This document shows, in pieces, positions 58,767-64,000 of a stretch of 64,000 nt of DNA. The notes beneath the pieces were generated by a model. It was not told the DNA's origin and ran no database searches. It worked only from the letters and a program-made list of their open reading frames with translations. The stretch comes from a virus (lineage: Duplodnaviria; Caudoviricetes): positions 64,001-128,000 of IMG/VR virus record IMGVR_UViG_3300023283_000076, one strand, 5' to 3'. Numbering within the stretch: the stretch's first letter is position 1; each line of letters opens with the position of its first letter. A program made the translations under genes and the position numbers.

Positions 58767-59135
58767 TTAGTCAAATACTTCATCTTCCATATTTAATTTT
58801 TCTGCTAATTTAGCTAACACATCTCCGTGACATGGTAACGGATGACAAAAACAACCCAATCGTTTCCCATATAACTGTTTTACATTTGTCCTAAAGTCTG
58901 GGTCATTATTAATTCGTTTTATTGCATATTTTTCAAAGTTATTGATTCGGCTAGTTCTAGTCCCAACAGTAAACGGGTTACCAAAATAGCCATCCATACC
59001 ATGACCGGCGCGGCCAATATATACATCAAAGTCTTTATTGGTATTGATATTGACTACTGTTGTTTTTGGCATTTTATTATTATAGTATCTTAATTGTTTT
59101 TTGTCTACACATAGCATAAATAATAACGTCATCAA
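58767..59135 (-). CDS. DUF4326-like protein (likely start MPKTTVV)
   Basis: DVYIGR..G.FGNPF, GKRLGCFCHP.PCHGDVL. Confidence 0.8.
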   Translation of the reverse strand: MMTLLFMLCVDKKQLRYYNNKMPKTTVVNINTNKDFDVYIGRAGHGMDGYFGNPFTVGTRTSRINNFEKYAIKRINNDPDFRTNVKQLYGKRLGCFCHPLPCHGDVLAKLAEKLNMEDEVFD

Positions 59136-59146
59136 TTTTTGTATAA

Positions 59147-59359
59147 ATGAAAATTCAAAAACTCATGGAAGTCCCAGAAAAATATATTGATGCCTATAGA
59201 TATTTTAAACGAATGTCGGCCACTCAAACAAATATGACAAGAGATGCTATTATTACTACCGTTGCTAGAATGTTTGCCATCCCAAATATTAAACATTTTC
59301 ATAGCTATGTGTTACGTATGATTGAACGTGAAAAACAGGGTTTTATGACATATAGATGA
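59147..59359 (+). CDS. small hypothetical protein
   Basis: MKIQKLME N-terminus. Confidence 0.55.
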   Translation: MKIQKLMEVPEKYIDAYRYFKRMSATQTNMTRDAIITTVARMFAIPNIKHFHSYVLRMIEREKQGFMTYR

Positions 59360-59367
59360 TATATTAA

Positions 59368-60171
59368 TTAGTAATACTCAAGTTTTATATTTCCATGTTC
59401 ATCTTCATACAAATACGAGCAAAATTCCACCCAGCATCCACAATTTAAATATCTTATATCATCAATTATTTTGTCTTCCGCATAATGTATGTGCCCACAA
59501 ATAACGCCATCCGCATCATGTTCTGCAGCACAATTTACAACCAAATTTTCATAATTATTAATATATTGTACTGATCGTTTAACACTATTTTTCACCCATT
59601 GTGCCAAACTCCATTCCTTTAAATTAAACATTCGTCTAATTTTGTTTAGTAGTCTATTTAAGATTATAATAAGTTTATAGCTACAGTTTCCTAATGTATA
59701 TATAATAGGATACATTCTAACTAATCCATCGAACTCGTCCCCGTGAAGAATAAAAAATCTGTCACCGTTTTTTGTAGTATAAACGTCATTATATTTTATT
59801 GTTATTCCATTAAAAGTTACACCTGCGGGAGACTCTTTTAAAAATTCTTCTGATAAAAAGTAATCATGATTCCCTCTTATATACGTTATTTGCACTCCCT
59901 TGTCTGCCATACGAAAGAACTTTTTAATTATTTTTCTATGTTTAGACCAAAAAACCCTATGATTAAATCCTGTCATATCTATAATGTCACCAACAAGGAA
60001 AATTTTATTAATAATATAACCTCCCTCATTGTTTTCTAAAGATTTGAGAAATTCATATAATTTTTCATGTTGGCAATTAGGATTTCCAAGGTGAATATCA
60101 GATAACCATATAGACTCAATATGTGTATTTTTATTTTTTTCGTTTTTCATTCGTGGGCGGTCACTTGTCAA
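59368..60171 (-). CDS. LpxH/PlcP-like metallophosphoesterase (putative phospholipase C)
   Basis: SDIHLG, LVGDIID, RGNHD, LHGDEFD, WSL...K..VK..V..I, GVICGHIH, G.WVE.C. Confidence 0.85.
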   Translation of the reverse strand: MTSDRPRMKNEKNKNTHIESIWLSDIHLGNPNCQHEKLYEFLKSLENNEGGYIINKIFLVGDIIDMTGFNHRVFWSKHRKIIKKFFRMADKGVQITYIRGNHDYFLSEEFLKESPAGVTFNGITIKYNDVYTTKNGDRFFILHGDEFDGLVRMYPIIYTLGNCSYKLIIILNRLLNKIRRMFNLKEWSLAQWVKNSVKRSVQYINNYENLVVNCAAEHDADGVICGHIHYAEDKIIDDIRYLNCGCWVEFCSYLYEDEHGNIKLEYY

Positions 60172-60232
60172 CTGCTGATTTATTTATCTTCTTGTTATAG
60201 AAGTTACTATATTACAAAACAGTTACAACAAA

Positions 60233-60320
60233 TGGTGCGGATGGTGGGATTCGAACCCACAAGACCCAATCGGGCCATATGTCCCTCAAACATACGTGTC
60301 TGCCATTCCACCACATCCGC
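60233..60320 (-). tRNA. tRNA-Leu(GAG), long variable arm
   Basis: TATGT-TTGAGGG-ACATA, GCGGATG/CATCCGC, CCA. Confidence 0.92.
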
Positions 60321-60396
60321 TTGACTTTCCCCTTCATTAATGAAGGGGATTTCTAATTCATCGAAACTTACATTGTTTTTGATAAATGGGAGGGGA

Positions 60397-60468
60397 TGCC
60401 GTTGAAAGGATTCGAGCCTTTAACTTTTTCCTATCAAGGAACTGCTCTGCCAATTGAGCTACAACGGC
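60397..60468 (-). pseudogene. degenerate tRNA-Ile(GAT)
   Basis: GCCGTTG/CAACGGC acceptor and D-arm intact; 6-nt anticodon loop TTGATA, T-loop CTCGAAT, no CCA. Confidence 0.7.
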
Positions 60469-60483
60469 AATTTATATTATTTA

Positions 60484-61050
60484 TTATCCACCCCAATTGC
60501 GCAGACGATAATCTTCATACTCTGGTTCAAGTCTATGTACCACTACACTATACATGTAAACTTCTGGATTGTCATTCCACTTTTGACCTTCTTCATGATC
60601 TAAATCCCATTCATACGCAAATCTCCATATTTCAAGAGGTTTCTTTTTAAAGTCGTCCGGCATTTCATTATCAATTTTTTGTGGAATAGATTCATTAAAT
60701 ATTCCAGTGTTAATGGCTTCCTTCTTGCCAATATTCTTCAATTTTTTGGTATCTATTGCTACACATTCTAAAGCATATCGGGCATAAGACTTTTTCATTT
60801 TAGATGATTCAATCCATTTTGGGTCTTCTTTTTTATAGAAGTCTGTATAATATTGTATTGTTTTTGTTTTGTTATTCTGAACTATTCTATATTTTTCCGG
60901 AACCCAATAATATGCATCTTTTTCCAAAGAGGGTTTCTTTTTCTTTCCCACCGGTTCTAATATAATTCTAGGTGTATTTCCAAACCTATATCGAATAAAT
61001 TTGAAGAACCTATATGGAATTTCTATAGGAAATTTTTTATTGGGGTCCAT
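60484..61050 (-). CDS. ASCH/PUA-like phage protein
   Basis: KMKKSYARYALE...LKNI...EAI..GI...W..NP.V pattern. Confidence 0.55.
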   Translation of the reverse strand: MDPNKKFPIEIPYRFFKFIRYRFGNTPRIILEPVGKKKKPSLEKDAYYWVPEKYRIVQNNKTKTIQYYTDFYKKEDPKWIESSKMKKSYARYALECVAIDTKKLKNIGKKEAINTGIFNESIPQKIDNEMPDDFKKKPLEIWRFAYEWDLDHEEGQKWNDNPEVYMYSVVVHRLEPEYEDYRLRNWGG

Positions 61051-61261
61051 TAATATGCCTGTATTCTACCTTTTGGATTCTATGAGGTGGATACCACATA
61101 CCAACAGTAGTTTCTACCTTTTCAAAAACTCCTATATTTTTGATTTCATTTAATCTAGTTTCTAAAGTCAATCTACCTTGAATAATTTGCTCTTCGATTA
61201 TGGGTGCAGGTTTCCCTGTTATAAAAATTTTGAATCTTAAATATTCTCTGGTATCTTCCAT
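61037..61261 (-). CDS. hypothetical protein
   Basis: AAGGA SD, overlap coupling. Confidence 0.6.
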   Translation of the reverse strand: MEDTREYLRFKIFITGKPAPIIEEQIIQGRLTLETRLNEIKNIGVFEKVETTVGMWYPPHRIQKVEYRHINGPQ

Positions 61262-61280
61262 AATATATCCTTTTTTAAAT

Positions 61281-61373
61281 TGGCGGAGGGGGAGGGATTT
61301 GAACCCTCGTGGCGTTTCGCACGCCGCACTCCTTAGCAGGGAGGCTCAATTAACCAGACTCTGACACCCCTCC
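61281..61373 (-). tRNA. tRNA-Ser(GCT)
   Basis: CTCC-CTGCTAA-GGAG, long variable arm GGCGT-GCGAA-ACGCC, GGAGGGG/CCCCTCC-GCCA. Confidence 0.92.
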
Positions 61374-61412
61374 GATTATCTAATGATACATTATTATCGC
61401 ATAGATGTCAAA

Positions 61413-61910
61413 TTATTTATATTTTTTAAGCTTATTTTTATGCTTAATAACAAATCTACGGGCATGTGGTGCATTACTTTGTAATATTTTTATAATTTGA
61501 TTTTTTTCTTGTTTATTTTCGAGTATTTTAAAAGTAGAATCTACTTCTGCAACTCTTATTTCTTTAATGTTTTCATTATATAACAAAGATCTTGTTTGAG
61601 ATTTTAATTCACAGTCCCACATTTTTAGTGTATTTTTAATACATTTAGTGTTTGATAACATCGAACCTATTATCGGTATCAATAAACAATGCTTAACTTT
61701 CCATTTTATTTTAAATATCTCGGCGGCGATTATGGCTGCAGGGTACTTATTATTTGGATGTACTGTGATTTTAAATAAATTACCATGATATTTTTGCTTA
61801 ATATCTTTTATTTCTATCTTCAACGGACAAAAGTTATATATTAATAAATATATAATAATTACAATACCTATTCCTATTGTTGTACTAGTTACAATTAGCA
61901 TGTATTTCAT
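61413..61910 (-). CDS. hypothetical protein with N-terminal TM
   Basis: hydrophobic N-terminus, GGGGA SD. Confidence 0.6.
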   Translation of the reverse strand: MKYMLIVTSTTIGIGIVIIIYLLIYNFCPLKIEIKDIKQKYHGNLFKITVHPNNKYPAAIIAAEIFKIKWKVKHCLLIPIIGSMLSNTKCIKNTLKMWDCELKSQTRSLLYNENIKEIRVAEVDSTFKILENKQEKNQIIKILQSNAPHARRFVIKHKNKLKKYK

Positions 61911-61978
61911 ATCCCCTTTTTTTATCTAAATATCTTACAGTTATTAATTAATAAGGATTTAATTCATTACATTTTAAA

Positions 61979-62296
61979 ATGATTACTAAAAAAGAATTTA
62001 AACAACTATTAAATAATTTAAAAGCATCTGCTAAAAAACGTAACATCCCCTTTGAATTAACAACGGAAGACATAGATTATATAGGAATACCATTAACATG
62101 TCCAGTATTAAACATACCTATATATTTTAACAAGGGTCAACCGAAAGATAATTCGATATCATTTGACAGAATAGATTCAAGTAAAGGATATACTCGGGAT
62201 AATGTGGTAATAGTATCACACAGAGTTAATAAACTTAAATCCAATGCGGCATTCGAAGAAATGCAGAAAATATTTGAATTTTATAAAGATCTATAA
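61979..62296 (+). CDS. His-Me finger (HNH-like) endonuclease-like protein
   Basis: RNIPFELT, TCPVL, SFDRIDSSKGY..DNV.IVS.RVN.LK. Confidence 0.75.
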   Translation: MITKKEFKQLLNNLKASAKKRNIPFELTTEDIDYIGIPLTCPVLNIPIYFNKGQPKDNSISFDRIDSSKGYTRDNVVIVSHRVNKLKSNAAFEEMQKIFEFYKDL

Positions 62297-62343
62297 AAAA
62301 GCCCCCATCCGGGGGCTCTCGGTCGGTATAACAGAGCTAAAAA

Positions 62344-62685
62344 CTAACTAGCTCCGCATGTCCCCTCACCACATGCTCCTTCTTCATCTTCTGATTCTTC
62401 ACCACAAGATCCCTCACCGCATGATCCTTCTTCATCTGCAGATTCTTCACCACATGCCCCTTCACCACATGCCCCTTCAGAATCTTCACTATCGCCTTCT
62501 TCACCACAGGAGCCTTCACCACAAGAACCTTCCTTGTCATCTTCTGTAGCATTTAGTGGCATGCCAGTAGTCTCCGCCATGAATGGATTAACGCCATTTT
62601 CTAAACCTAGTTCCGAGGCCGATGCTACTCCTGCCATAGTGGTTAGTCCTGCTAGTGTTGCAATTGTTAATTTATTAGACTTCAT
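62344..62685 (-). CDS. HvfA/BufA-like RiPP metallophore precursor (EGxCG repeats)
   Basis: signal peptide, NPF motif, eight EG(S/A/T)CG units in acidic linkers. Confidence 0.75.
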   Translation of the reverse strand: MKSNKLTIATLAGLTTMAGVASASELGLENGVNPFMAETTGMPLNATEDDKEGSCGEGSCGEEGDSEDSEGACGEGACGEESADEEGSCGEGSCGEESEDEEGACGEGTCGAS

Positions 62686-62788
62686 ATTATACTTCTCCTT
62701 TTTTGTGTTTTTAACTTATCGTTCTATTAGAATGTTCATATTACTATAAAGTTCAATTAATTACCATACGTAATTATACATATGATGA

Positions 62789-63229
62789 TTAGTGAGCTAA
62801 CTTATATGGCTTTATTATATTATACAATTCCACATCCTTTTCGGTTAAATGTGGGTATGTATACATATTCAAATCCATATTATTATTATATATGGACTCA
62901 GGTAGCACAATCCCAACGGAGGTTAATGCACCATTTAATGCGCCCTTTTCCTCTGTAAAATATGCAACAGGATAATCCGTGCCTTTATTTGTATTGATAT
63001 TCAACATATTGATCAAATCTTGTAAGTTTTTCTGCGGGCCTCCGTTTAAAAGGATCATAGTTTTATCTTCTTCCATCCATCGATTAAATATTTTACTAGC
63101 CACATTACTCGTAACCTGATTATATTTGGTCGCCATCACTTGAATAACATGGGCTGCTTGTATTCCATGTTGTATGGAAGAAAGATACATGTTTCCGAAA
63201 AAATATCCTATGCAATTTTCATTATTCAT
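62789..63229 (-). CDS. PTH2-like fold phage protein
   Basis: LSSIQHGIQAAH, KTMILLNGG, F.EE..ALNGALT.VG. Confidence 0.55.
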   Translation of the reverse strand: MNNENCIGYFFGNMYLSSIQHGIQAAHVIQVMATKYNQVTSNVASKIFNRWMEEDKTMILLNGGPQKNLQDLINMLNINTNKGTDYPVAYFTEEKGALNGALTSVGIVLPESIYNNNMDLNMYTYPHLTEKDVELYNIIKPYKLAH

Positions 63230-63509
63230 ATTCTAAACCTTTTATTTTAATTTCTCTATCAAGCGGTATGGTTTGACAATTAAATTCTTTTAAGACTGCA
63301 CCTTCAGCGAAAGCTATAGCCCAACAATCTTCTACCGTAAGAACAGGTGAGTTTTTGCAATAGGAATATGCGACTCTTTTATCCAGTGTAGCTCTTATTA
63401 ATGCTTGAATGATTGCTTGTTCCGGTGTTTTCTTTGATGGATCTATAAACGTTTGATATATAAGATAAATATAACCAGATTCTTCAGTATTTAAATTTTC
63501 TTTGGTCAT
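63222..63509 (-). CDS. hypothetical protein
   Basis: overlap-coupled ORF. Confidence 0.55.
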   Translation of the reverse strand: MTKENLNTEESGYIYLIYQTFIDPSKKTPEQAIIQALIRATLDKRVAYSYCKNSPVLTVEDCWAIAFAEGAVLKEFNCQTIPLDREIKIKGLEYE

Positions 63510-63780
63510 TTTTTCTTACCCAATTTACGAATACCATTAGCTTATCATGAGATCTTAATTTTGTCAAGTTATTATATTCTTTAGCTAAATCCTTGTTCGA
63601 TATAAATTTATGGATAGCCCCGTGACAATCATGGCAAATAAAAATTTTGTTATTCTTCATTTCTTCAAGAGTAAATGTTTTTTTACACCATTTTTTGTTG
63701 TGCATTTCCTTTGGTATAAGATGGTGTTCCGTAAGTTCTAAATTACGTTCACATAATTCACATTTTTCCATTGATGGCAA
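63484..63780 (-). CDS. small HNH-like protein
   Basis: CELCER..LTEHHLIP...CHDCH.AIH. Confidence 0.75.
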   Translation of the reverse strand: MPSMEKCELCERNLELTEHHLIPKEMHNKKWCKKTFTLEEMKNNKIFICHDCHGAIHKFISNKDLAKEYNNLTKLRSHDKLMVFVNWVRKNDQRKFKY

Positions 63781-64000
63781 CTATCCTTTCCTTTAAAATT
63801 AGTAACTATTGGACCGTGGTAGTCGGTCGATACACTATCCATGGGAAGAATTCATGGGCAGGCTGCATTAAACTATTAAAACTCGTTATCATACAATTTC
63901 TTCAACTTTGTGAAAAGCGGGGGAGGCAGGCCCCCGCTCAGTATTTTTATACAATATATTCACTACTAATTTCCGTTATATTCATCGGTGTAATATCACC

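Overview
A 64 kb slice of an AT-rich, T4-like (jumbo-type) bacteriophage genome. The host is inferred to be proteobacterial from sigma70 promoters, Fur boxes and guaC-, yjgR-, plcP/agt- and hvfA-like genes. 0-19 kb: small hypothetical ORFs, TilS, tRNA clusters and an island of unexplained structured RNAs (17.4-19.2 kb). 13.8-36.7 kb: an early or host-takeover region of single-gene cassettes with strong TTGACA-TATAAT promoters, ending in ArdC. 37-64 kb: a more AT-rich, two-stranded region with late-promoter (TATAAATA) genes carrying T4-like capsid-targeting N-termini (ART-like, kinase-like and ParB-like proteins), metabolic genes, a TnpB-only IS splitting an Ntn-hydrolase gene, and three more tRNA genes (20 tRNA or tRNA-like genes in the whole window). 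The most unusual observations are: (1) a tRNA whose anticodon loop contains a 49-nt mini-tRNA-shaped insert; (2) a shared early-gene leader/RBS with 3' trailers complementary to it; (3) 13 copies of TTGACA-N17-TAAAGG back-to-back with real promoters; (4) a regularly spaced array of six Fur-box-like sites; (5) a phage-borne PlcP-like/Agt-like lipid-remodelling pair; (6) an orphan HvfA/BufA-like EGxCG RiPP precursor. All protein calls are motif recognition by eye; no database search was run.
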